Source: Octopus vulgaris (Eukaryota). From it: a stretch of DNA of 64,000 nt. The stretch covers positions 35,960,001-36,024,000 of the forward strand of contig OX597825.1 of the NCBI GenBank assembly GCA_951406725.2, written 5' to 3'. The position numbers and the translations under genes were made by a program. This document shows positions 27,610 to 40,206 of this stretch, in pieces. Under the pieces are notes generated by a model. That model worked only from the letters and a program-made list of their open reading frames with translations, did not search any database and was not told where the DNA came from. Each line of letters begins with the position of its first letter. Within the stretch, counting starts at the first letter, position 1.

Positions 27610-28015
27610 ATGTCCCTAAGTGGTTGACGATATGAGCTTCTCTGACCACGAGCAGAAGTAGTTGGGGAGCATCACAGCCATGTATTGAGAGAAATTTTTG
27701 GGGGTTTGAATAATTCACCTTTGAAAACATGAGTGGTTCGTTCAACATCTTTAAACAACCCATATTCAGAGACTTTTTGAGCGGGATGGGCTACTCGAAC
27801 TGAAGAAAATTCTAACTTGCACCCCCCCCACACACACACACCTGCAAGGTCATGCGCTCTTTATCTTGATATGAGATCACCATATCGCGCGCACATGGTT
27901 GTGATGCATGTGCCTTTATCACGCAGGTAGTCATGATGGGTATATTGGGCGTCGTATATTTTGTACCCCAGTGTCACCTTCATGGTATGCGCTGCTCTAT
28001 CGCTCAATAATAATA
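27610..28015 (+). mobile_element. Retroposon 3' fragment ending in (AAT)n
   Basis: More GC/CpG-rich block ending ...cgctcaataataata; family not identified. Confidence 0.4.
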
Positions 28016-28328
28016 GTGACGATGGACTCTCCCGTCGAAGACGACGTATGAGTGTTCAGCTTCTTCGCCGAGCGACCTGCACAAATGATTTGTTTCCAGT
28101 GATCAAATGTATTGCTGCAATTAGCTCCCTCCCTCCCTCCATCAAATCGACGTTGCCTGAACAGGTGCGCGGTGTACCACGCGTCAAGTGTCGACGTGAT
28201 CGCAGAGGAACGCGAGATTAAATGTTTTTGCTTAAGAGCACAACACACCACTCCGGTCTAGTCCTTGAAACAACGATCTCGCGATCGTGAGTGCAACACC
28301 CTAACCATTAGGCTATGCACCTTCACAA
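28015..28328 (-). mobile_element. SINE with a family C-type head
   Basis: caacaccctaaccattaggctatgcaccttc is the reverse complement of the tRNA-like head; ttttgcttaagagcacaacac body. Confidence 0.7.
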
Positions 28329-28357
28329 ATAATAATAATCATAATAATAATAATAAA

Positions 28358-28520
28358 TTCTACTAAAGGCACAAGGCCTGAAATTTTGGGGGATGGGGGT
28401 TAGTCGATTACATTGACCCCAGTATTCAACTGGTACTTAATTTATCGACCCCGAAAAGATGAAAGATAATGTCGACCACAGCGGAATTTGAACTCAGAAC
28501 GTAAAGACGGATGAAATGCC
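28358..28520 (-). mobile_element. SINE family B
   Basis: tatcgaccccgaaaagatgaaag...cggaatttgaactcagaacgtaaagac. Confidence 0.85.
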
Positions 28521-29255
28521 GAGAATTAATGTCAACGACTGAACACTGGACATCAGTACAAGTTATGGCCAGAATAGGAAATGTCAAGTCTATACACGTA
28601 TATGCACATGTTTACACACACACACACACACACAATGCCCTCAAAGTGACCTGAACTGAGTAGAGATACAGGAACGAATTCATAACAATTTGAAGATTGC
28701 TTTCTTTCTGAAGAGTACAAACAAGTGAAAAGAAAATAATATCCGTAAGAAAGAGAAATGGCTGCCACAAAGAATATGATAGCTGGTTGGAATTGGAAAT
28801 GATGTTATCTGCATCGTTTGCATGAAGTAATCAGAGTAGAGTAGATTCTGTGAACACTGGATCTGCTTGAGCAGTGTTTCAAAGAAAACCGAGGATACTC
28901 TACTTCTACTGAAACACAGAGCCTTTGTTTCAGTTATTAAACTTCTAAAATAATGAAGAATTTAGTAAAATATCTAGGTCATTAATTAAGCTTGTTTTGG
29001 GGCCATAGCTTAGCATGAAATTTTGATGGAAGTTTTTAATTTAAATGAATTTAAAATATGAATTATGAAACATAGCACTAGGGCAATTTTAGGCAAGTTG
29101 GTATTGAAAGGGTTAAAAATACAAGTTCCATTACTGTCCTGTTTCTCTTCAAGGCTTTAATGGAGATTCATTGACAAACTACCATATCCATCTCTTACAT
29201 ATTCATTTTTTAAAAAGGACAATTTTTGCTTAAAGAATTTGAATATATGAGCACA

Positions 29256-29602
29256 GACATGGCTGTATGGTATGAAGTTTACCTTCCAACTACACGGTTT
29301 CAGGCTGTCCTATAGCTTGGCAGGCACCTTGTGCAATTGTCTTCTGTTATTACCTTGAGCCGATGAAACCTTCAGTGGATTTCGTAGATAGAAACTAAAA
29401 GTAGCCTGTTGTCTGGATATGTGTGTGTGTGTGTGTATTGTACCTGACGCCACTTGACAACCAGTTTTAGTTTATCCGATAGGATAAGTACCAGACTTAC
29501 AAAAATTAAAGTACTGCAATCAATTTATTCAACCAAACCGTTCAAGACATTGCTCCAGCATGGCTGTAGTGCAGTGACTGAAACAAGTAAAACATAAAAG
29601 AT
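29256..29602 (+). mobile_element. SINE family A, diverged
   Basis: Head, body and gactgaaacaagtaaaa tail. Confidence 0.75.
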
Positions 29603-29962
29603 ATCTCAGAACTATGGGTTCCATTCCTAATTGGTATAAAATCATCGGTGAAGCAACACCAACTGCTGTCATACAGAACTAGTAGCTGCAGCAATTAAGC
29701 CTGCAACTGTTTTCAAAGTTATTCTAGAGTTAATCAAAAACAAGGCAAAAAAGGATTTTAATGACTGTTAATTGGTTGGAGACAAAGTGTTTCTGCTAGA
29801 ATTAAGCAAGATTGACGAATAAACTATTGCAACTGCTGCTGGGCCAAAACTTTCTGTGGAAGTCTTCGACCACAACATAATCAGGTATTATACAAATGCT
29901 TGTATCTGATTACGTGCAATACCATCCGTGGCCACACCACCATTTCCTTCAGGCTTCTATAT

Positions 29963-30166
29963 TAGTTTCAAATTTAGGTACAATGCCAGCAAATTTGGGG
30001 GAAACAGGTAGGTCAAATACATTGAACAGAGTGTTCAACTGGTACTTACTTCATCAATAGGAGCTAAGTCGACCTTTGTGGAATTTGAACTCAGTACATA
30101 AAGACAAATGAAATGCCACTAAGCATTTTGCACGACATGGTGACGATTCTGCCAGTTCACTGCCTT
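29963..30166 (-). mobile_element. SINE family B, diverged
   Basis: caactggtactta...gtcgacc...gaatttgaactcag...gattctgccagttcactgcc. Confidence 0.8.
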
Positions 30167-30429
30167 CTTGCAGGTTTATATTTTAAGTACATAGACAGTT
30201 TGACATCTTACACTTGAAATGTTTCTGTCATATTCAGGTAGAAGAAAAAAGGAAAAGAACAATTGTTGTATGTACCTTTTGGGGTGCTTTGAAAGAAAGT
30301 CTAGAGGAGAATTAATAGTAATTATACCACAGATATGGCATTTAAAGCGAATCCAAATATCGAGTCTTCGATAAAGTTCCCTATCTCCCTTATATATAAA
30401 GATGTGAGTCTAAACAATCCAATTGAGTG

Positions 30430-30430
30430 T

Positions 30431-30478
<48 letters not shown>

Positions 30479-30706
30479 ATATATACACATATAAACATAC
30501 ATAAATACATATATACACATACATATATACCCATATATATATATACATACACATATACCCATATATATATATATACATACACATATACCCATACATATAT
30601 ATACATACACATATACACACATACATATACATATACACACATACATATACATATACACACATACATATACATATACACACATATATATATACATACATAT
30701 ACATGC

Positions 30707-30743
<37 letters not shown>

Positions 30744-30750
30744 TATATAT
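30430..30750. repeat. Compound (TA)/(CA)/(TACA) microsatellite
   Basis: Seen directly in the sequence. Confidence 0.95.
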
Positions 30751-31038
30751 CCGTTCGTGGCCGTTGCCAGCCTCGCCTGGCCCCCGTGCCGGTGGCACGT
30801 AAAAAGCACCATCTGTCCGTGGACGTTTGCCAGCTCCTTCTGGCACCTGTGCGGGTGGCACGTAAAAAGCACCCACTACACTCACGGAGTGGTTGGTGTT
30901 AGGAAGGGCATCCAGCCGTAGAAACACTGCCAGATCAGACTGGGCCTGATGCAGCCTTCTGGCTTCACAGACCCCAGTTGAACTGTCCAACCCATGCTAG
31001 CATGGAAAGCGGGCGCTAAATGATGATGATGATGATGA
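30750..31038 (+). mobile_element. SINE-like family D, CpG-retaining copy
   Basis: Matches 16390-16618 and ends in (GAT)n. Confidence 0.85.
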
Positions 31039-31045
31039 TATATAT

Positions 31046-31094
<49 letters not shown>

Positions 31095-31304
31095 TTAATA
31101 AGGGTGATAGAATTAGATACTAATTTAATAGTATCCCGATTCAACACCAAAATAATCTGTATTTTTGTTATTCTTATTTGCCCTGTTCGTTCGAGCTAAC
31201 AATCGTGTTGACTTTCATGGGAAACATTTATTTTGTGGTTGAAACCTATTGGATCTATTTCTAGTGCTAGAGTGAGCCACATAGTGACCACTCTCTTATA
31301 TTTA

Positions 31305-31306
<2 letters not shown>

Positions 31307-31356
<50 letters not shown>

Positions 31357-31425
31357 TATATATATAAACATATATATATGTATATATATATAAACATATA
31401 TATATATATATACATATATATATGC

Positions 31426-31462
<37 letters not shown>

Positions 31463-31465
31463 AAC

Positions 31466-31556
<91 letters not shown>

Positions 31557-31722
31557 CATATATATATGCATATATAAACATATATATATATATATATACA
31601 TATATATATGCATATATATATAAACATATATATATATAACATATATATATACATATATATATGCATATATATATAAACATATATATATATATACATATAT
31701 ATATATACATATATATATAAAC

Positions 31723-31753
<31 letters not shown>

Positions 31754-31950
31754 CATACATATATATAAGCATACATATATATATATACATATTTTTAAAC
31801 ATACATATATATACATACATATCCATATATACACATACAAATATATACATATATATATATATACATATGTATATACATATATAAATACATATATATATAT
31901 GTATATATATGTATATACATATATATACGCATATATCATACATTTATGCA

Positions 31951-31998
<48 letters not shown>

Positions 31999-32070
31999 TA
32001 TACGTATATGTATATACATATATATAAATATACATACATACATATATTCATATATATATATACATACACA
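31307..32070. repeat. Long interrupted (TA)n array
   Basis: About 760 bp of TA with recurring tgca/aaac/taca interruptions. Confidence 0.95.
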
Positions 32071-32221
32071 CAGGCTATCCACAGTTGCCAGGTACTTTCG
32101 TATTTCAAGCACAATAAAATGAAAACTTGCATACAAAATATTGAAAAGGAAAATCCATCATTTCTTGATTCACCAAGAAAATATCACATCAAGGAGACAG
32201 ACACGCCCAGAGGAAAACGCG

Positions 32222-32485
32222 TGTTAAATGTAATATCTCATTGTTTATATAATAATTGTTCCAAGTCGATGACTCTCGGTCACGGAAGAAAACGCACAGC
32301 TGCAAGAAACACAGAACAGTGACGGAGTTAGTCGCCAGTTGGAACGAATAAACTCTTTGTACAGGCATTAAAGACTATTTCATTTGTATATCCAAAAGCA
32401 CAGTGATGGAGTAAGTCGCCAGCTTGGAACGAATAAACTCTTTGTACAGGCATTGAAGTCTATTTCATTTTGTATATCCAAAACA
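32222..32485 (+). mobile_element. Possible solo LTR with a duplicated 3' segment
   Basis: TG...CA-bounded block; about 85-bp tandem duplication (32317-32400 and 32401-32485), each copy containing AATAAA; no TSD found. Confidence 0.35.
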
Positions 32486-33512
32486 GATGTATAGATACGT
32501 TCCGTCATTGAGACAAGACTTTCTTTCACACACAGAGAAAATCATGTCATTTGACCAGATAGATGGATGGCCAGGCAATACGGGATAGATACACACACAG
32601 ACGAACAGGATAGCACAAGATAGTGACAGAAATAAACAAGACAAACTGTTGGGGTTGGCATTTAAACAGGACTGCCATAGTCAGTCTTTTTTTCCACAAG
32701 ATAGGGATGAAGGAATTTCAACAATCGCGTATTTCTATTGCTTTTATAGGGCGGATAAGAGGAAACCAAACGTCTGCAACAAAGACTTATTTGACATGGA
32801 AATAAAAATAGGTGGAAAGACACGGGAAGAAAAATTCCAGCGAAGGCTCATCTGCCGAAAGCAGCTAAGTCTACGATCCTATATATGTGTGCGACAGCGC
32901 ATACACATAAACACACACAAAAAATCCCCTCACATACGCATTTTGCTCAGCAGGTGCAACAATGTCTATATATAGTTTGTGCTATATAACAACACAAACA
33001 CACACACATATAACAGCCATCAAAATAGCTAGGGAGAAATATACATCAGTCAATATTTATGTACTGAGCTATATATATATATATACATATACACACTAAC
33101 ACACAGCCAGAATGTATGTGTTCCCTTAAAACGAACGCCAGTGTTTGTAGCCTGGAATATAAATAAATATATATGGCTCTGCTCTATTGTAGAACAGTAA
33201 ATATTGGTAGCTGTCTGCTACTAACAGGAGGTGGGTGGAATAAGGATTCTCTCTGTATTCTAGTCCAAAGACGAATACATCTATTGTTTTGTGTCAGCTT
33301 TTAGACTTTTATCATACAGAATGTAGAGTATGTATATGTTTATGTGAGTGTGCGTATGTACAAACATATATTTGTATATAAACATATGCGTATAAGCATG
33401 TGTGGGCATAAACATTTGCAGATACATACACATACATATAAAACGTGCGTGTATAAACGTATGATTCTATTGTGATTAAACAACATACATAATGTAATGT
33501 ATGAGCGATAGA

Positions 33513-33544
<32 letters not shown>

Positions 33545-34051
33545 TTTAAGAGACACTTAGAGCAACATTAACTCATTAGGATCAATTCTTAAAATAGTAA
33601 TACGAAGAAAAACACAGAACAATCCAAAACGCCTCGGTCACTTTCCTCCTTTTTTCTTTTTTCAGATTTTAATGTGTTATCTTCCTTTTCTAGTTCCTCC
33701 CCATTTTATAAATGTTTATAGCTTGTGATTCTCCTTTTTGCTTTCGGCCGAGCAATTTCGTTATCATAGAAGTTCATAGCAACATTATAATAATAAACAT
33801 AATTATACCCAAAGGAATCAGAAACGAGGTGATTAGACACATACACACATGTGTGTGTGTATAACATCTATACATGTGTATAGAAAACATTTATGTATAT
33901 ATATACTTTTACATGTTAACCAGCCGTCGTCAGGCTGGAGCGTATACACACGCATATATATATATTGTGTATGTAACTAGTAAATGTATATATATTTGAC
34001 ATACATACATACATTTCACATAAGTGTGTGTATAAATGTATGTATGTGTGG

Positions 34052-34114
<63 letters not shown>
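34052..34114. repeat. (GATA)n microsatellite
   Basis: Seen directly in the sequence. Confidence 0.95.
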
Positions 34115-34115
<1 letters not shown>

Positions 34116-34336
34116 GGAAAGATGAATGGATAGATGCTATGTCTCTCCGTGTCATGTTTTAAGTACATTAGTTTTCATTTTAAATTGTAACAGGTGCCTT
34201 AGTCGTACAATTACCACATTATTGTCTTTACAAAAATGCTGGTGATCATAATGTAACGTTTGTACCCAAGATGTGAACTTCATCTTATCGGATAAAAGAA
34301 ATAGGTTAGAGATCGTCGACTATAATACTGGTCTCC

Positions 34337-34695
34337 ACTTACCTGAAACATCAAAACATCTCTGGACGTCGAGAAAGGACATAAGCCTCCATGTTTGTCT
34401 GACGTCAGAGGCAAGAGTTATCTACCCCTTGCTAGCAACTAGTGTGTATTTTCCTGTCTCCATCACTAGAGGGTGCCCCCCTCTCTTGTCTCTGATGAAC
34501 GTTAAGCGTCGAGAGAGAGACAGACAAGCAGAGTAAAAGAGTGAGTGCGAGAGGCTTCGTAGCTAGACCACTGTCACACACAGAAGTGATCATTGAACGG
34601 TAATTTATTAAATAGAAGACAGTTCTGAGTCTTCTATTATAATTCCATTCACATCCAGGAAGGGCGGAATTCTGGTTTAAGCGCCGCCATATAAC
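34337..34695 (-). promoter_or_regulatory. Candidate promoter or first exon of a minus-strand gene
   Basis: Consensus donor CAG|GTAAGT (last exon base 34343), TGACGTCA (34400-34407), CTCF-like CACTAGAGGGTGCC (34464-34477), GGGCGG (34662-34667) and YY1-like GCCGCCAT (34683-34690) in apparently unique CpG-retaining DNA. Confidence 0.4.
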
Positions 34696-36159
34696 TCCTC
34701 ATAACTCTTTTTTCGTCTTTCAATTTTTAACACCTCCACCTATAAATCCTTAAATTTCCACTCTTTTTCGAATTTTTTTAATATCAGAGTCCGAATCTTT
34801 TGCTTTAAATCCCTCCTTTGAGTGCATCATCATTCCATGAAATGTACTTATGGGAAGAAAAATATTTAAAAACATCAATGCATGTCGGAGTGACAAAGAA
34901 ACGAGGAAGGTATCAAGTGGTCGTGTAATGTGCTAAAAACAACTACTAAATCACCTTAAATCACATTTTTTTGCATAATTGTATGCGTTCCCATGTGTAG
35001 TACACACATTCGCAAAAACTTTCTGAAAATTTCAAAAAAAATGTTTAATTATAAGAGGTTATATGGAGTGCTTAGACTAAAATTCCATCCCAGAGAGCTT
35101 CCTAAAAAGATCAAATTGATTCAATTACTTGAATGGTTCTTTGTTTTATTGACAATGGAAGGAGGAAAGGCAAAATTGGCCTCGGCATGATTTGAAATCA
35201 AAATGTATAAAATCCACAACTAAATACAGCTGGCCTCTTGTTCGACATTATAGCAAATCTTCCAGTTCATCATCTTTTAAAGGTCTATTTGATCAGCACT
35301 GCCTTGGAGCTAAACAAACGATGTGATTTTGAATCCTGCTAGAAATAGCAACCAAATTTTCCTCAATTCAAACCCTACACTCGTAAAAGAAACGTAAGAG
35401 TACAGTGAACGAGGTAATCATATGCAATCCTTCGATAATGGTACACGGCGCCATTCATCCACAGAACCTTCTCTCATGACATAGATAAAAAGGATAGGCT
35501 GAAAAGGGAGGTGAATAACGTCGTACCCTCATACCGATATCCTGGGGACCAATACCGAAGGATCACCAAGAAGTGATGGTCGCGGTTGGAACGCCTTTGA
35601 TTATAGGCTTGGGTCAGTCAGAACTCGCCTGGAGTCAAACGATAACAGCTCTCGTCCCAGTGTCTTGAAAGGACAGCAACAGTCGATAATGTAATCAGAG
35701 ACAGGATGCCATGGCTGTAACACCATTAATCACCGTGGGTCTGTCCAATTTGAGGTTATCTAGGGACAAATAACATTACCAACAATTGTTGAGCTAACGT
35801 GGAAACCTTTTTAATAAAGGTGTTGATTTATCTTCTAAAACATAGCAGCCAAATCCTTCTGAAACCACATTTGGGTCATTCCCTCTTGACGCACGTGACA
35901 CTCAGCGGCACGATGCTACTTTGGTATGCGATCTACTTAGCAAACGTAAGAGTCAATTTCTACATTAACATGGGAGCTACATGTTCCATTTATTTATTAT
36001 GGCTTAAATAAAACATTCTTACATTTTATACATTTCTTTAGAAAAATTAAAATGAAGCAGATTTGAAACAAGTTTACTAATTTTATGGGCGAATCGAACG
36101 AATATCAGTAAGAAAAGTCAAAACTAGAGAATTAAAATTTTTATACATTTTATTACATG

Positions 36160-36485
36160 GCAAACTATCAGATTCGTTAGCACGCCTTTCATCCTTTCGG
36201 GGTCGATTAAATAAGTACCAGTTACGCCCTGGGGTCGATATAATCGACTTAATACGTTTGTCTGTCCTTGTTTCTCCTCTCTGTGTTTAGCCCCTTGTGG
36301 GTAGTAAAGAAATAGAAATAGGAATTTCGCTCGTCGCTACGTTCTGAGTTCAAATTCCACCGAGGTCGACTTTGCCTTTCATCCTTTCGGGGTCGATAAA
36401 ATAAACACCAGTTGAACACTGGGGTCGATGTAATCAACTCATCCCCTTCCCCAAAATGGCTGCTCTTTTACAAAATTTGAAACCA
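36160..36485 (+). mobile_element. SINE family B (Nin/Deu-like domain), internally duplicated
   Basis: gcctttcatcctttcggggtcgat.aaataa..accagtt occurs twice; this motif resembles the conserved Deu/Nin SINE domain. Confidence 0.85.
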
Positions 36486-36599
36486 TTATTAAACAGAAAT
36501 TAGAATGAAGCAAATTTGAAACAAGTTTACTAATTTTATCGGTGAGTCGAACGAACATCAACTAGAAAAGCAAGAAATTGATCATCAGAGTTTTTTCTC

Positions 36600-36740
36600 A
36601 TCATACACCAGCAGAAATGATCAAAGTGTGATTTTTTTCAAAATGCGAACTTTTGAACCAAGCCAGCTTCTTTCAACTGCCTGAGTGTTTGCTCCTGTGT
36701 TTGGATCAACAAATTGTCGTTGATGGTTGATATTTAAGTG
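36600..36740 (-). pseudogene. Merlin (IS1016/IS1595-like) transposase fragment
   Basis: My minus-strand translation gives HLNINHQRQFVDPNTGANTQAVERSWLGSK, then HFDHFCW in another frame; this matches the family motif VNH..FVDP.TG..TQ.IE..W...YL.EF.WR. Too short for the ORF track. Confidence 0.85.
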
Positions 36741-36859
36741 ACATGTCATGAAGCTGCTTTGACACTCGAACAGACATTCCACTTATGCTTTATACTCTCT
36801 AACCAGACATTCTCTCGAAACCGATACAGGTGTTTTCCTTGTTCTTGATAAGTATAACT

Positions 36860-37980
36860 TACGACAGTTTTAGGTATATCTTCCGGGTTCATCGGGATTT
36901 GGTGGTATACACGTACCAGTTCCACTTTGGAAAATATAGTGCAACCATGGAGAACATAAGAGAAATCCTTAAGTTGGGCAGAGGATAACGATCGGACGTG
37001 GTGATAGCATTAAGTCTCCTGTAATCACCAACGGGTCTAAAATCCACTTTACCCTTCCGAGCTAAGTGTAGCGGAGATGCCCAAAGGCTAGAAGAAGGGC
37101 GTATAAGACCGAGCTGGAGAGCATGTGCTCGAATGCCGCGCGGGCTTTCTTGAGCCTGTCTGGCGCTAATTTACTTGGACGAGAGAAAACGGGGAGACCA
37201 GTTGTTGTAATAAAATGTTGAGTCGAGTGGACTGTCTGGGTAGGCTTAAATGAGAGATCCGTTAACTCGGGAAACGAAGCAAGAAGAGTATGGAACTGGT
37301 AACTGGTAGCAGTTACAAAAAACGATGGGCTGAGGATATCAGCGGTAGATTCACATGCAGGTGTGGATAAAGATGTGGTAGTATCAACAAGTCTCTGTCT
37401 CCTTACATCTACCATGAGTGAATAGTGGTGTAAGAAGTCCGCCCCGAGGATAGTATGAGGCAGGTCGGCGATGACAAAAATCCATTTAAAATTTCGACGC
37501 AAGGCAAGATCTAGAGTTAAAGATGTCTGACCGTAGGTTTTGATGGGAGACTGGTTCACCGCGTATAAGGAAATATTGGATAACTGTGGCTTATTAGAGC
37601 TGAACCATAATGGCAAAATACTGCAACTTGATCCTGTATCGACCATGAAGGATCTGTTTGAGACTAGGTCCCTAATGAAGAAAGCAAGTTTAGCTGAAAA
37701 GTTGTGAGAGAGGTTTGACGTGCCCAGACTATCTAGGTTCAGTTTTCCGATACTTTAAAAGCATAAGGCTTGTTACAATGACGCGCCTTGTGAAAACGTG
37801 CGTGGTACCAACACACCGAAGAATTGTTGGTTGAAAAACTGTTACGGCATCGAGAAGAGAAAGAACGGCTTCGCGAATGCCGTCTAACACGACAGTATTG
37901 AGCTTCTTGGCGCGTTAAACCATCGATAGCCTTCAACATGTCGTCTCCAGAATAAGTTGGTATGGAAGTGTTGCTCATGA
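36860..37980 (-). mobile_element. Ty3/Gypsy LTR retrotransposon internal fragment (gag C-terminus, aspartic protease, RT N-terminus)
   Basis: CWYHARF..ARHC gag knuckle; VDTGSSCSILP...ILGADFL protease; frameshifted WASPLHL...GDYRRLNAIT.SDRYP...IFSKVELVRVYHQIPM RT; no LTRs seen. Confidence 0.93.
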
Positions 37981-38079
37981 TATCCCTCTCAATTCCTGTT
38001 ACGTGAGCTAAATTAAGCTGTTAAAATGTGAAATTAACGGTTTAAGAAATATTCCTTAATTAAATGTTTATAAATAGAA

Positions 38080-38345
38080 GGATCTTTTCAATCTGACCGA
38101 CAGATTTTTTAATTAATTTTTTTAAAATTAAACACTTTGAAACTTCGGATACTTGTAGAATGTGTCACATTGAACATGGTTTACTCTTAACATTTTTGAC
38201 AAAATTTTGTATTTCAGAAGTTATTTCGTGTTAAAGTTGTTGTATTTGGGTAATTTTAACCAATCAATGGCGTGTATTCAGCTGAATAAAATTACTGCTG
38301 CTGTTTGCGAACAACAACTTCCGGGTCCACTCCCCTAACAAAACC
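38080..38345. mobile_element. Merlin-type foldback MITE, single arm
   Basis: Starts GGATCTTTTC; homologous to 47852-48130. Confidence 0.7.
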
Positions 38346-38669
38346 CTTCTTTAATAAGTATTGATGTTTTTATAGCAACATAGGTTTGCTGTATCAGGGT
38401 TGATTTGAGGCTAAATAACAACAAAATTATTACTGAGACAGACCAACGACGGAGCCTGTATGTGGTTGAATGACCTGCTAGAAAAAGTAGCCAAACTTTT
38501 TTAATATACAAAATAGAAAGACCTCTATTCTGTGATATACACGTAGAGTCCATTATGTCTGGGTAGAAAGACGGAATGGACACGTTGCCCCGTCTTGTTC
38601 TTTTCGTTACTTGTTGTTTAGTCCCAAGTTGGATCTGATTGAACAGATGTAATCAAAGACGTCCCAACT

Positions 38670-40019
38670 GATGAAGATGTTCAGAAAGAAACAGAAGGCA
38701 TGGACTTTGTACCTAACTGTTCTTCAAGTGAACCACATTTGTTGAGTCAGGGAGATCTGAATGAAATTGCGAGGGATTTAAACTTGTCGAAAAAACAAGC
38801 TGAACTTCTTAGCTCAATGTTAAAGGGCTGTCATTTACTCCAGAAAGAGACCAAAGTTAGTTTTTATCGTTCTTGGCATTGTGATTTTGCAAATTTTTTC
38901 TCACTTGATGATGGTGTGGTGTTTTGTAATGATGTATATTCTGTTATGGAGGAACTTAACCACAAATACAGCATGAATGAGTGGCGTTTGTTTATTGACT
39001 CCTCAAAAGTCAGCTTGAAAGCAGTTTTACTCCACAATGGAAATAAGTTTCCTTCTGTTCCTCTGGCCCATGCTGCTAACATGAAGGAAACATATGAAAG
39101 TATGAAGTTTCTGTAGCAAATTAAGTATGAGGAACAAAAGGGGAATATTTGTGGTGACCTTAAGGTTGTGGCACTTTGTTGCTTTCTCTGTGAGTGGGAC
39201 AGTTGGGATAAGAAAAATCATTATCAAAAGAGTGTGTGGCCGAAACATCTCTGACTCCTGAACAAATGAATGTCATCAATCCTCCCCTTGTTGATTCTGA
39301 GAAAATTTATCTGCTTCCTTTGCATATTAAGCTAAGGTTGATGAAGAATTTCCTCAAATGTATGGATATAACTGGCAAGGGATACACGTATTTGAAAACT
39401 AAATTTCCACTAGTAAGTGACGCAAAAATCAAGGAAGGTATTTTTGTTGGGCCACAGATTAGAGAGCTGGTAAGAGACCAAAAGTTTGACGAAGAGCTCA
39501 ATGATGTTGAAAAAGCTACGTGGCTGTCATTTAAGAAAGTTTGCCGAAAGTGTTGTGGGGAATCACAGAGCAGAGAACTATTCTGATATTGTGAAAGCGC
39601 TACTGACATCATAAAAGGCCTTGGGATGCAATATGAGCCTAAAAATTCACTTCTTGAACTATCACTTGGACTTTTTCCCTGCAAATCTTTGGGCTATCAG
39701 TGACAAGCAAGGCAAGAGGTTTCACCAGGACATTCTGAACATGGACATCCAGAACCAAGGAAAGTGGAGCTCTAATGCATTCTAAATACAGTCGAAGATC
39801 ATACGCCTCTACGTTTTAAAAGTAAGTTTCCTTGTAATATCAGCCTGATTTTTGAATTCATGAAATACAGTTGTTTAACAATTTACATATGCTATCACAG
39901 AAAAACTATGACTTATAGAAAAAAATCTGAAAACACTTGAATTCTGCAGATAAAATGCTATTAAGTTCACCTACTTTTGTTTGTGGGACAGAACTTTTTA
40001 TTAATTCTGTTGTCCAGTT
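38670..40019 (+). mobile_element. Chapaev3-like (CMC superfamily) DNA transposon remnant with decayed transposase
   Basis: WRLFIDSSKVSLKAVLLHNGN, GDLKVV, PLHIKL, KEGIFVGPQIR and SLKIHFL...RFHQDI across stops and frameshifts; 3' end gttgtccagt. Family assignment is from my recollection of Chapaev3 transposases. Confidence 0.8.
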
Positions 40020-40069
40020 ATAATTGTCAGCCTTATTTCTGCATTAATATAGTAGATTTATTGTCTAAT

Positions 40070-40206
40070 TTAATTACTCTGTCACATAAAAACCACACCT
40101 GATAGAAAAAGTCTAAAAACAGATCGAAATCTGCGTTAAAGGCACTATAAAGTTCACTTTCTTTAGTTCGTGGGACAGCAAAATGTTCGAATTTTGTTGC
40201 ACAGTG
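40070..40206 (+). mobile_element. Second Chapaev3-like 3' terminus
   Basis: Diverged direct repeat of 39885-40019, ending ttgttgcaCAGTG followed by TTA (TWA target). Confidence 0.7.

Noticed and set aside
30322-32322. Long ORFs of 108-279 aa rich in Y/I/C/V/M/H/T (also at 20.7-21.6, 56.5-57.8 and 58.2-59.7 kb)
   Set aside because: They are translations of TA/TG/CA microsatellites that lack stop codons; no coding signal.
32270-32335. SECIS-like ATGA...AA stem-loop
   Set aside because: The 3' GA of the non-Watson-Crick quartet is missing and there is no associated UGA-containing ORF.
36050-36580. About 80-bp direct repeats flanking a SINE B copy
   Set aside because: Too long and diverged for a TSD and no LTR hallmarks; probably an old local duplication.
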